A DNA stretch of 64,000 nt from Raillietiella orientalis (lineage: Eukaryota): the NCBI GenBank assembly GCA_036172245.1, contig JAYWIR010000005.1, forward strand, positions 992,001-1,056,000, read 5' to 3'. The number at the start of each line of letters is the position of its first letter. Position 1 is the first letter of the stretch. The translations under genes and the position numbers were made by a program. The notes under the pieces are model-generated. The model saw only the letters and a list, made by a program, of their open reading frames with translations. It was not told the DNA's origin and did not search any database. Of the stretch, positions 14,101-26,187 are shown in pieces.

Positions 14101-17100
14101 CGATGCTTCCCGCTTGAGTGCCCCTCATCAAGGGTAGGGGCAGGAGAATCCCTCGCTGGAGGGGAAGGGGCCGAGAGTGCTCCTCTCCCGTTCTCTTTTC
14201 CCTCACGCTGCTGCGCACCCATCCCGGGCACGGGTCCTCTCTGCGCGCGTGCCGTACGGGGCAGCCGGAAGGGCGGAGAAGGGAGCTGGCGGAGCCAAGC
14301 CAAGAGGCGCATCCGGGATGCGGGAGTACCGGGACTCCTTCACTGCGCGCCTCCCAAGGGCATCGCCGCGCCCCTCGGGGTCCGCGCCGCACGGACCTAC
14401 TGCACTCGAGGGGCCGTGGACTCCCCGATCGCCACACTTTTAAGGGCTTCTCGCTCGGCAAAAGGGGTGGACCGAGGGGGAGGAGCGGGTGGTTCCTCCT
14501 CGAGGAGCGCATCCGCACTCCCGGACCCCCGAGTGCCCCTCACCTGAAGAGCTGTGGCTGCGGCGGGGAAACCTTGAAGCCGACGACAAGCACGTAGGTG
14601 CGTCCGTCCGCCCACGCGCGAAGCGGCAGCAGCCGGGCACCGCAATTACGGGGGACGCCGCCGCCACCGCCACGCAGCGGCGCGGCATCTCTACCTCTTC
14701 GGCACTTCCGGTCCCTGCTAGCGAGCGACCTGAGTTTGCTCCTCCCGCCACCAGGAGCGCCCCTTCCGCTCTGCCCGACCTCCTTCGCGGAGCGGCTCTG
14801 CCGGCCCCCCTGCCTGCCAGCCCGTGTCGGTCGGCCGGGAGTTTCCTTGACGACAGGCTCCGCGTAGCGGAGCGCCCTCGGGCGCTGCGATCCGCGCGCG
14901 CGCCCCACTCGCCCGTTGCGATCGCAGCCAGGGGGAGGCCGAGCTGCGAGGGAGGAGGAGCGAAAGGCAGGGTGCATCCGACCCAGGCCCACCCGCGCTT
15001 CCTCCTCCTCCCACGGCAGGGATCGACCCTCACGTCCCCGAGAGGGGCACGCAGCCGAGCCCGCCGGAGAAGGCCGCGACCGAGACTGGGAGGGAGGATG
15101 GACTGTTCGCGTGCTAGTGCCGCCTCCTGGAGGGAGGGGAGGTAGGGGTAGGAGAGCGTTCCCGTTGCCAGGCAGCCGCACCGGACCGCTGTCGCGGGAG
15201 GGGGATCAATCAAGCGATCCAGGGTCCCCTCCTCCCCCTCCTCCCTCCCGGAGAGGGGCGGCGGAGGACCGGAAGGAGAGTTTCCTCCCTCCCCTTCCTG
15301 TTCGTCCCGCAGGATCGGACCCTGCCTCGCATGGCAACGGGGGAAAAGAGGGACGCGTAGGGGAAGAGGAGGACGTCTTCCAGCAGGTGAAAGTCGTAGC
15401 AGGTCATCCCCTCGGAGGAGGGGGGAGGGGAGGGATGGCGTCCCCTTAATGGCGAATCCACGCGCACGTGGGAACGGCCGAGACGGTCCCACGCTCCCTG
15501 ATGGCGCTTTTCCCCTGGGGCGCCTCTAGAGAGCGGACAGACCGCCGCCCTCCAGAATCTCTTCCTGCCCCACGCTCTTGGGCAAGAGCGCCATCGACGA
15601 CCCTCGACTGGCGTTTTACGGAGAGAAAAGCCCACGCGAGTCCTCGGAAGGGATTCCTCATCCAGATACAAGCACTCCCGGGCCTCCCTCCGTAGAAAAA
15701 AACAAAAAAAAGGAAAGAGAGGGGAGGGAAGGGAGAAAGGGCGAGAGAGATTCGTCCCGCATGGGATCGCCACGGTGGCGACCCCGTCCTGACCTTGCTT
15801 GACACGGTACAGCCGGCCGAAGCGGGCCCAACGTTTCCTGGAGCGGGTCTAGGGGAGGCCGGACGAGATGCCCGCGGGTCCGAGGCACCTCCCTAGAGCG
15901 GGAGGTCGGCTCTCGCCGTCGAGCGCCGCTGCCGCCCTTCGCAATCCCGGAAACGAAAACCGCCTATGGAGGCTCGACCGTGCCGAGGCCGCCCTCGACG
16001 ATCGGCTCAACAGAAGGAAGGGGGGGAGGGCGAGGGAGATTTCTCCTCCGGGACGCGGGTTCCGGACGGGAAGAAAGGAGCCTCCAAGGAAGGACGGCGG
16101 CGCCGAAAGCGTTTCTTCGGAGCGGGGACCGCTTTCGCCATGCAACGCCCCCGGCGCCAGGTAGGGTGAAGCGGTGAGTCGGCAGGCGGCGGTTCCGATG
16201 GCAAGAAATCGCTGCAGCCCCTGCCAAGCATCCGTCCCGAGGTTTCCAGGCAACGGGATGCTCGGGAGGAGGAGAGAGGGAGGGAGGAAGAGGGGGAAGA
16301 GGAAGGCGAAGTGGGGAGCCCTTGCGACGAGGTCCAGTCGTGCAGTGGGGTCTCCCCTGTCTTCCGCTCTCATCCGCAGCAGAAGCAGCTCCTACGTGGA
16401 TGGGCGCATCCCGAAAGCCCGGGGGAGGGAGGGAACATGGGGTGCATTCTGCTGGCAAGAGGCATCATAGTGGCCCGAAAGGATCTCCCGCTCTCCGAAG
16501 CTCGGGGGCAGCAGCTCAGGTCACGGCCGTACGTAGGGACGCAACCACAAAGATGACCGCCGCAGCCTCCTCCTCTGGGCCGGGGGAAGGGAGCGAAGAC
16601 GGGAGGTGTGGGAGGCAAACCCTGCTGCTGCGAGGAGTCCCCCGCAGTGGCCTGCGACTGGCCAGGGCACGCAGGGGAGGCCGTCCCCCGAAGACGAAAC
16701 GCCAGCTCTGCGCCACCGCCGTTCCAGCGGGAGAGTCCCTTCGCTACCCGTCCAGGAGAGGGGGAAGGAGAGGGTGTGGCAACAGGAGGGGGGGATTTTC
16801 CCGCTCTCCCGAGCATCATCGCTGCGGGGCCGACGGGAACGCCCTCTCCGAGTCCGTCAGCGGAATGAGGTGAAACGGTCGAGGGGGTTCCCGGAGCGGA
16901 GTAATGGCGGCGCGGCCCTTCCGGCTCTTCTTGCTGTACATCCGCTTGCTGACCAGGACGGGTCCTCCGGAGGACTACATGGCTTACGGAGCACCTAGCG
17001 GGCGACGGTCGCTGCGTCGAGCTGGGCGTTCGGCACACCTCCTCCCTTATCCTTCCCGCCCAACCCCGGGGGTGAGCGGGAAAGAGCGGGTCAAACCGAA

Positions 17101-19683
17101 GGAGGCGGACGGCGTCGCGGGCCAAAGGGGGAGGAAGTGCGGGGGACTCCGAGAAGCCCTCGCAAAGCCGCAGCCGCAGCCCCACGGATCCCACGGAGCA
17201 GCAGCAGCAGAGCACTGACCCCTCCTCCTCCCGCCGTTCCTCCAGGAGCGCAGGGTCACCGCCGTGTTCTCTCCGACGGCGCCAGATGCCCAGCACTCCG
17301 GCGGCCTCGTGGAGGCAGACCGAGGAGCAGAGGCTGACCCGAGGTCGGTCAGAGGTTTGCCCAGCCGGAAGCCCTCCGTGGAGCCACCGCAGGCCCGGAA
17401 GGTGAGGCGCGTGCCCGTCCACCTGCCCGCCCCGAGGCGGCCGGCCACTCAGCCTTCCGCCGCGCGAGCGGGCGGCGGACGGGGGAAGCCCCACTGAGCA
17501 GAGCCTCTCCGCTGTGTCCAGGGCAGGAAGGCGAAGCGGCCGGTTCCTACTCCGGTGCCGGACCCCTCGGAACGTTACCCTCCTGCGGGCGCGCTCGCCG
17601 CCGAGCCGGACCGCGGCGCCGAGATCTCCATTGAGGAAGGGCGCGACTCTGATGTCATCGTCCCCTGCGCGGTGCGACGAGGGAGCCACCCGGAGGTCAC
17701 GGACGTCGTTGTCAGGTGAGCCGCGGGAGGGACTCCCTCGGGCCCATCGGTCTTCTATGAGCGAGCCCAAGGGCAAGGGGTCCCTCTGGCTTTCGCAGGG
17801 GCACGCACGCCCCGGGGTGCTCTTTACCAGCAGCCAGCCACTCGGGAGAGACGAATCCTCACCTCCCCCCTCTGCCCCTCTCCTAGGCCCCTCGCCTTCC
17901 CGCCCCTCCTCTGCCGCAACGTTTGGTCGATCGGGCAGGATGGAAGGCGTCGGGAGTCATAGGGAGTGTCTCCGGGTGACCCCGAGGGACACCCCTCCAT
18001 GGTAGCAGAGAATTTCGTCTGCGGGGCGGGGCATGTCCATCCCACCCCACCCCGCTGCCGCAGCGGCATCCGCTGGTATCGCAAAGCGTCCGAAGGTCAT
18101 CGTGTCACCACCGCCCAGAGGCAGTAGTCGGCGATCGATCGAGCGGTCGCCTTTTCCGCGCCGGCAGCGCGCGCGCGCCGTTGCCATGAGACCGCGCGTG
18201 ACAGCGGGATGCGGCGGCAGCGGTGGCGAGCGCCCCGAGGCTAGAAGCTGGCGGACGTGCGGGCGCATGCGTGGGCGCCCTTCTTGCCGGCAGCACTCGG
18301 GCGAGTCGCGCGCGCGCGCAAGGTGCAGCAGCCGGGCGCGCGCGATTCTCTCCCGAGGCCGCGCTCCCGCTGGACACTGCGCACCTCAATGCGGATCCTC
18401 GCCGCCGCCGTGGGCTCCCCAGCCGCCTTTCGTCTCTCGGCAACGGCAATTGCCGGGGAGAGGCAAGCACGGAGAAAAAAAAAAAAAAGGGCTGCAGGGA
18501 GGAAAGCAACAATGCGTCGGCGCGCTGGTGGTGGAGCGCGTCCTCCTCCTGGCGAGAGGAGCCTGCCTTCTCCAGGGCGTGCGAGGCTCTCGGGAGCACT
18601 CTCCAGGGACGCCACCGCCGGCAGCGGGGCGGACTGCGCCAGCGTCTTGGGGTGGAGTGTGGCGAGGCGGTCGGAGGTGCCGGGGGCGGGGTGGCGGCGG
18701 CGCGGCCCTGAGGGATGACCCCTTTCAGTCCTCTGGCGGAGGAGGACGTGCTGTACCTTCGCGTGCTGACCAAGACGGGCCCTCCGGACGCGTGGCTGCT
18801 GGGGCACCTGGCCGGGGACCGCGTCGACTTCGGCCCCGTCTGCGTGGGTAGTCGCGTCTCCCGCATGCTGCTCGTGGGCAGCCGCGACCGGACCCGCCCC
18901 CTGGAGGTCACCAGGAGTCTGTTCGACCCCTGGGGTGCGTTCGAATGGGGTAACGCTCTTCGACCCTGCCCTCCAGGGCGCGGGGAGTTGCACCTGGTGA
19001 TCCTCTTCGAGCCGAAGGAAGGTGTGCAGGTAAGGGATGCAGGGGCTTTCTCCAAGGGCCAGCCCCTCTCGGAGCGGCTGCGCAGTACAGCGAGGAGGTC
19101 ACGGTGAAGGCCGGCAACTGCACCTACCGGATAACCACAGCTGGCTTCGGGGTGGACCCTCTCTACGAGTTCTTCGGACTGGGAGACGCGGTGCGCCTGA
19201 GGGCGCTGCTCGGCGGCGAATCCAAGGGCACGTTCCAGGTAGACCCCGGGGTCGTCTTTCGTTCCGGAACTGACCAAGGGCCTCTCGCTTCTCCCCCAGA
19301 TAAGCAACCTGTGCTCTGCGCCCCTCCGCTTCGAGTGCGAAGTGCGCGACCTGACCATTGCGGAAGGCGGCCCTGCGGCGGAGCAGCCCCTTCCCTTCCG
19401 AGTGAACCCGGAAGTCGTGGACGTCCCAGCCAACAGGAAGCGGACCGTGTCCATTCACTTCCGGCCTCCCTCCGCCGCCCTCGCCTGCTCCTGCGAGCTG
19501 AAGATCACCCTGTTCTGCCAGCGGGAGGTCAGGACCGTCGGCGTGCACGGCCGCTGCAGGGGGATGGGGTCGCCTGCCCAGCCGGAGGAGAAGAGCCTGC
19601 TGGGGAGCACCCGCCGCCGCCGGCAGGGAGGCGACCCGACCCGACTGCGCGGGACCACCCCGACGATGTCTCCTCCCAGATGA
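5118..19683 (+). CDS. CFAP74: Cilia- and flagella-associated protein 74 ortholog (central-apparatus protein; N-terminal coiled coil plus tandem ASH/PapD-like Ig folds), about 1360 aa, 10 exons
   Basis: Phase-consistent GT-AG model: 5118-6383, 9567-10337, 10789-11039, 12799-13057, 13126-13473, 17246-17401, 17522-17715, 18729-19029, 19086-19238, 19300-19683 (4083 nt). Motifs recalled as CFAP74-like and collinear with it: RIEKVLQLKLSIERGRE; PEKIVFQ|NFEPHRTYRQKVHLFN; VSPGMSCTAVVLFRP; LDFGDCTVYESLR; EPNEGFFRLLPKETL; PLLSLSHQWLSFPAT; VIVPCAV; SLFDPWGAF. The start codon (AACATGG) and the 5' part of exon 1 are less certain. Confidence 0.88.
7053..7754 (+). repeat. Diverged direct repeat of about 115-120 bp (copies 7053-7167 and 7633-7754) in CFAP74 intron 1
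   Basis: gtctgcatggcggtcacctggacaggaag...ctcacggctcttctctttccttctttttatcgttttcccccctcgcg aligns by eye with gtccgcacggcagtcacttggactggaag...ctcatggctctcctctttcttcttccttttatcggttttccctctctcgcg. Confidence 0.8.
10404..10673 (+). repeat. Polypyrimidine (CCT/CTT-rich) low-complexity tract in CFAP74 intron 2
   Basis: About 270 nt, almost exclusively C/T on the + strand. Confidence 0.9.
16869..17030 (+). pseudogene. Degenerate, frameshifted partial copy of CFAP74 exon 8 and its upstream intron, lying inside intron 5
   Basis: Encodes LLYIRLLTRTGPPED/(frameshift)TWLTEHLAGD, versus the functional VLYLRVLTKTGPPDAWLLGHLAGD at about 18748-18819. Both copies share upstream ggcggcgcggccct (16906-16919 and 18696-18709). 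The cctttcag acceptor is missing from the copy. Confidence 0.75.
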
Positions 19684-22600
19684 GAATACAGCGAGATGAG
19701 GTCATCCTTCCCCAGCAGCCCTTCCCGTTTGATTCTGAAAAGGGGGCCGCCCTCTCATGAACTCGTACCCACCCCGTTCGAGAAAGGGGAAGCGAGGAAA
19801 CGGAAACTCCACTTCCGCCGCGCCTCGTACTCCTCTGGGAGGGTGGAGGAGGAACGAGGGGGGCGAGCTGACCCCATCGCCCCGTCGCGAGGGGAGGAGG
19901 AAGGTGGGCGAGAGCGGACAGACGGAGGCCCCTGGACGAGCTTGCCGATTCGTGGGTGACGGCAAAGGGGCCGCAGCAGCAGCAGGTGGAGGAGCGAAGA
20001 GGGGAGAGGGCGAGCCCGAATCTTCCTTCCATCCTTCAGCACCCCCTCTCCTCCCTTCCACGGCAGGGCGGCGGAGAGGGGTCCCAAACGCTACGCTGGC
20101 GGAGCCAAGCCCCCAGCCTGACAAGGATCACGTTGCCGTCTCTCCGTTCCTAGGGGGGACGTCTTCGAGACCCTCCACTGATGAGGAAAGAGGTCAGCAG
20201 CAGCTCCAAGGAATCACGCGGACCCGGCTGTTTTGGGGCCACAGTTCCTTGGGACTGCTGCTGACCTGGAAGCACGGAGGACTTCGTCGATCCCAGACCC
20301 CTCGGTCGATCCCCCTCTCCTCATTCTTGCTCTCCCTCACCGCGTGAGACAAGCGGCGCCTCCGCCGCGCCGACGACGATTGCGCTCGGTCAGCGCTGTT
20401 TATCGCACCCTTGGCGACGAGGGCCGTCCAGCACGCGCGCCTCCAAAGGGCATTCGTTCCTCCAAGTGGTCGCCCTTCCGGAGGGCGAGCGAATGGACAG
20501 ACACTGCGGTGCTGCTGCTTCCAGGTCGCAGCAAAACAGCCGGCGGCCGCCCGGTTGCGTTCGGCACCTCCGCTCGCGGGAACCGACCTTCGAGAAAGCA
20601 GCCGGAGGCGATGCCTTTCGGCACTGCATCTCTGCAGGGGTGAAAGTCTCGAGGGAGGGGGGGTGGAAGGACCCCCGCACGCCCGAGAACTGCCTCCCAG
20701 GCGGGAGGGGCGGCTGGGGTGTGGCACGGGCGCTCGAGACACGCCCGTTCCGTCGCGCTCGGCTTCCTCGGAGGGGAGGTCCGGAAGCGCTTGCGTCATG
20801 TGGGCGCTGCATGCGATGCCGCCCCTTGAGGAGGAGAGGGAGGCGGTATCGCCCCCACTCCTCCTTGATTCCCGGAGCCGGTGCAACCACGAGGCGATGA
20901 TCTTGGCAGGACGCAGACCTGGGCGCAGGAAGCCGCGTGCATTCTGGGAATCAACGCCTGGACGGAGGGCAAAGTCTTGCAAGGAGCGCCAGCTGCGGGC
21001 GTTCCTCAAGAGGCTGCCGAGAGGATCGCCGTTCGCGCGAGCAGGCGCCACCCGGCGGTGGCGGAACGAACACCCCGTCGCTGCGGAAACGCGGCTGCAG
21101 ACCCGTTCTCTTGTTCCCGCCGTTCCCAGAGTCCTCGGGCTGGTCCTAACGGCTACCGCCCGCCTCCACCAGCGCCGTCGTGGCGGCGCCGCCTCGCCCT
21201 TTGCCTCCGCTGGTCGGCGCTCGTCGGGCACTAGCTGCAAAAGCTGCGCTGATCCGCCTCCACCGCCCCTACTCGCGCGCGTCTCGCGGGAAAGCGCCAC
21301 GTGGAGTTGCGGCGCGCCGACCTGGAACCTCCGGAAAGGGGGACACGGGGTCAGAAAGGAGCTCGTGGGACCGAGCGGATGTCGAGAACGAGACTGCAGA
21401 AGGAAAGATCGCCCCAGAGACGTACCCGCGGGGGTTCACACGAAGGGAGATCATGGACCCAGACGCGACCGGCATTGTGGAGCACGCGGCGGCGGCGTCC
21501 TGCTTCCCTTGGGGACGGAATTGGAGCGCCGATGAAGGAGAGTGAGAGAGAGAGAGAGAGAGTGGGAGGGTGGGAAGCACCTGAGGCTGCGAAATAGGAA
21601 GTTGGTCGACAGCGGCGGAACGAAGCGCAGCAGCAAGAAGCGAGCGAAGAGGCGGAAAAGCCGACGCCGAGAGGGAACATTCCGTCGCTCGTCGCCGGCA
21701 GGTCGCCTCGAAGGGAGCAACTGTTGACCAGAACAAGTACTGCCTTCCCTCCACGCCCAGCGGGACCTCCCTGGAGCAGCGGCTTTTCATTCCGGGAGAT
21801 CCCCCTCCCCGAACGGTCCCTCAGCTTCAGACTGCAAGAAATACCCCGTGACGAGTGCCCGGAACACGTGGACCTGACCGAGGAGGCGAACGAAAAGGGG
21901 ACAAACGCGTGAAGAGGACCCTCCGCCTCCTGAAGTGGTACGCGCACTTGGCACCGTACACGTGCCGTGCGCGGGTGCGCGCGAACGTCAGTCGCACACA
22001 CATATCGGTTTCCGCGTAATAACGCGCGCGCGCAAAGACACGCGAAGAGAGCGAGTTCTCGAAGGAGGCTCGCCAGACGTCGCTGGGAAAGCTGAATGCC
22101 AGGCAGGCGATAATTACTGGCTGCTAGGAAACCTGCCGTCATGCCTCGGTAACGCTCTTTGTTACGTCATCGCTCTCCCCATGGCGGATTCAAACGAGGC
22201 GTGGAGCGCGCTTTCCGCCGCATCGGCGTAGGAACGCTGACGTAGAGAAAGCGCTTTTTCATGGTTGTTGTTTTCTTCATTTTTCTTCTTCATTTTATTT
22301 GTTCACTTATCCGCTTCCTTCTTTCCCTTTGCATTTCTGGATCCAAGTGCCCTGAATACGCTCTTCACGGACACACCGGAACCACGACGACGACGGACGA
22401 GGAGCCTCCCAGCCCATTCACCGGGCAGTGTTGCCCGTCGAAAAATGCAGCGCTGTCGCGCCGGACAGCTCGATCGTCCTCCTGCGACTGTAACCCGGCT
22501 CACAGACCTTCCCGTAACATCCATCGTCCTCGGAGACGAGAAACCCAGCCGGGACTTGCGGGGGACTGCAAGTCCCGGTTTGCACGCACCGACACCCAGA

Positions 22601-22740
22601 ATTCGTTGGCACGAAAGCCCGCGGCTCAGACGCTTCCTCTCCTTTCCCTCCCTACTTCCCCCCGCCGGGGAGAGGAAGCGAGGAAGGGAAACCCGCAAGG
22701 ACGGACGGAAGCCGAAGGCCGTCCCTATGGGAACGTCGCT

Positions 22741-22759
22741 GGGGGGGGGGGGGGGGGGG
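22741..22759 (+). repeat. Poly-G run (G19)
   Basis: 19 consecutive G. Confidence 0.95.
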
Positions 22760-25700
22760 ACCGAACCAGAAGGGCCAGCTAGCCGTCTGCGGTAGTCGGA
22801 GTGGACATCCCACATTACCCGTCGGCCTTACGCCCTTAAGAGCCGCACCCATGCTCCCTCGGCTGCGCGCCAGCTTACCCGGGAGCGCTTCCGATTGGTC
22901 CGCCGCCCGAAGGAGCTCGTTGCTCGGAACAAGGATGGAGCACAAGCTCTGCCTCTCTCTTTCCCGGGGCAATCCTTGGAACACGTGCTTGCTCGTCGCC
23001 CTTCCCCAGTCCTCGCTGCTACTGAGCTTCTCCCCCCCTCTCCTTCCTGCGGCTCCCTGCCGAAACTCTCGTGCCTTTCGCGGACGTCGCGCTCGGGAGA
23101 GCCGCGCCTCGAGGGAACTGCTCGGGAAGGTCCGATCCCTGATGGCGCACGGCCCCAGCGCCTCACAGCCCTTCTCCAGTCACGCACGCTCGCCCTCCAC
23201 TGTCGACAGCACGCCAACGTCTTTACCTGTCTCGCTCGCACCACCCTCCCCGCGGAGCTCCGTCCTTCCCTTTCCTCGCGCCAAGGGTCGGAGTTCTCCT
23301 CCCACCCCCTCTTCCGCCAACTGGCAAATTCGGAACACGCGCGGAAGGGCTCCCGAAGGGTCCTTCCTGGAAGATCGGACTTCTGGTCGGTGGAGCCCCA
23401 GATCCGTCCTGTAGGATCCCACGTCGTCCGGGAGCGGCAAGTCTGCCGACGTCCTAAGGTGCCTCACGGTCCGGTCAGGTCGCCTCCCTCTCTTCGGCGC
23501 GAAGGAAGGATGTCCGGAGCAGCAGCATCCGACGTCCCCCTGCTGAAGCCCTGAGACCCCGGCGCCTCGAGGAGTGGCTGCAGTCGGGGAGCAGGATGCG
23601 GCGGCACCTGGATCACTCCTCCCGAGAAGCGACGACGCTCTTCCCTCCTCTCGCCTTCCCCCGAGCGGGTTAGGAGTTCCTTCCGGGAAGGCGCGCTGCT
23701 ACACCCTACCGGTGACTGCCTGTGGGAGGTGCATCCTCGTGCACCTCCCCTCCCCTATTCCAGTGGACTTCCCTCGCTGTGCACTTCCAGGATCCCTCCC
23801 TGATCGCAGCTCTAAGAGCCTGGCTCCAAGAGGCACTCGTCTCTGGAAGAGGAGTGGACGGTGGGTCGGGACCGCTCCGGCGATGACTACGGACCGCCGT
23901 GGAGCTGCTGGTCCGTCCCAGGGTCATCGCAGGGAGAGAGCGGGTGGTCCGACCACGTCCCTGAGACGCTAGAGGCCTCCCGAGAGACTTTGCGGAGTCC
24001 CGGACGCGTCTCTGGCGCGAGAGAGGTGGAGGACCACCACCACCATCGCTACCACCAGGGTACGGACGTCGGGCGCTGCGGAGGACCCCAATAGGCGGCC
24101 TACGGATAGCGCAGTTCGGACGCTTCTTCATCCAAGCACCCGGTCCTCATCGCCCGGAGGGTAAGCGGATGGGATCCCTTCCCTTCGGACCGTCCCAAAT
24201 CCCTGAGTTCCTCCTCCGTCCCCTCCCGAACTTGGGTTCTCCAGAGTTGCGCGCACATGCGGGTAACTTTCCCCGTTTGTGCGTTGACGCTCTCCCGACC
24301 TTCCCCCGTCCACGTGGTGGACCGCTTTGCAAGTCTTCCTCCCATTTTGCCTTCTTCGAGTACAACCGTTGCTCATCACGGCCGCCGGATGCGCAACAAA
24401 GCGAGGAAGCTCTCTCTCCTTGCTTTCTTCCTGTTGTTGGATCCCTGGATCCGTTCTCGTTCCTTCCCTCACCTGCTCCCCCGCCCTGCAAGCTCGATTT
24501 CGGATCGCGGAGGCCCTGCGCATGTGCACACAAGTTGCGCCTCATCTTGTGCTTACCTCTTCCGCTCCTCCCCCTCTCCGAGTCTTTTCACGACGAGTGA
24601 AGTCGAGGAGGGGGGAGGGAGAAAACTTCGCGGTCCGATGAATCGCGTAAAGGAGTCTCTGACTCGCCTCCTCGCCGTCTCTGTGCGCACGCTTCCTCGG
24701 CAAGCCTCAATGGATCCATCCGCCGCGCCGGCGAAACCAGCTTTTCGGGAGGAGAAGCAAAAAAAAAAAATGTGGAAACTTCCCGGATGAGGAACGTTTC
24801 GAGATCGATAGACTCCGTGCTCTCAGAATTTCAAAGTCACCGTCCGTCGTCTGTCCCCCTCTCCCAGCGGCTCAGCAGCTAAATATCATATCATCTTTAT
24901 ATGGACCCGGATTCTAAGATTTCTCAGGTGGCTCTCTTTGACCATCACCGCTCCAACTACTTTCGTCCCCCGTCAGATCGCGCATCAGTTTGGGATCCTT
25001 CGCCAGCCAGTCATTGTGGAAAAAATGAAAAAAATCACTTGGAAACAATCCGAATCGGTTGTTCCCTGACTTTCTTAACCGCAAAGCTTCACTACCTTTG
25101 CGTGTGAGATATTTGTTTTTTAATTCGTGCGGTAACGTGGATCGGATTCTGATAACACTGCTTCGCCGTCTCAAACGTTTGTTGGATTTTCGCTCCAGGA
25201 AATCAGCAAGTGAATCATCTTGGGAGCTGATGCCTCCAGCTTTCTCGGTCTTCTCTACAACTTGACGTACGTTTGCCTCTTCTTGTTGATGAATTTTTTT
25301 GTTTTTGCCGTGTAAATCATGTACCTCATTCTCCTTTGTGAATTCGAAAAGAAAAAAAAGAAAGAAAAAGTATTAACAGCACAAATTGAGTTTCGACATT
25401 GCTCGCACGTTCTAATGTAACTTGCCATGCATTCGTTAGCCCCCGTTGTAAAACGCTCGAAATAAATCGAATGCTTAAAAGTCGAACCCTCTGGAAGTGG
25501 AGCCGAGCGGCTGATTTCAATTCGAAAAAAGAAAAAAACCCATCGACTGATTACACACGATAACATCTCTTTCTCTTTTTTTCTTTTAATAATAATAATG
25601 ATAATGATAGTAACGAAAAAAATAAAACATGATGGTGTACAACGGAATAGGAAACCTCCGCCTCACTTCCACAACAACAAAAAAAAGATCGGCTCTTTTA

Positions 25701-25837
25701 AAGCTCCTGATGACCACCGGCTCCACGCAGAGCGCCGTCCGCACTCACGCATCTGCAGCGCTCCCTGGCGGAAGTGCGGGTGCAACTCTGCGTGGACGTG
25801 TGGGGGCCTCGCGGACGTCCGCGGTGCAGCAGCAGCT

Positions 25838-25894
25838 GGGGATGGGGAGGGAGTGGGGGTAGGGGTGTGGTGTGGTGTGGTGTGGTGTGGTGGG
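25838..25894 (+). repeat. G-run cluster followed by (TGTGG)5 in the CpG-rich DIS3L2 5' region
   Basis: GGGGATGGGGAGGGAGTGGGGGTAGGGG, then TGTGG x5 at 25866-25890. A likely 5'UTR donor (AAG|GTGAGG) follows at 25923/25924 and an acceptor (ttgtag) at 26180. Confidence 0.8.
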
Positions 25895-26187
25895 AGAAGT
25901 AGGAAAAACTCCGAGGGAAAAAGGTGAGGTGCCCGGCCGCGGCCACTGATCGCGAATGTGTCGTAACGGGCGAAAGCCAGCATGTTGGGCAAGCTGGCAC
26001 CAAAAAAAGGGTCCCTATCGGTGCCTGTGGTAATTTGCTCGTACAGATCAGAATTTTGCTTTTGGTCAAAGTCGGGGCCACTTTGCAGAAGTACTGGGGT
26101 GTCGTTAGAATCGATTTCCCACGTGATGAAGTGTGCGTCAGTTTCATCGCATGCTTGTATGTATCCAGCCATATTTGTAGAGATGAC

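Noticed and set aside
3600..24800. Numerous overlapping 200-490 aa ORFs on both strands (for example 16370-17776, 18105-19454, 20194-21300)
   Set aside because: Arg/Pro/Gly/Ala-rich frames are expected in stop-poor GC-rich DNA, and many are antisense shadows of CFAP74 exons.
25866..25890. (TGTGG)5 as an interstitial telomeric repeat
   Set aside because: It does not match TTAGG or TTAGGG and is very short; a simple microsatellite.
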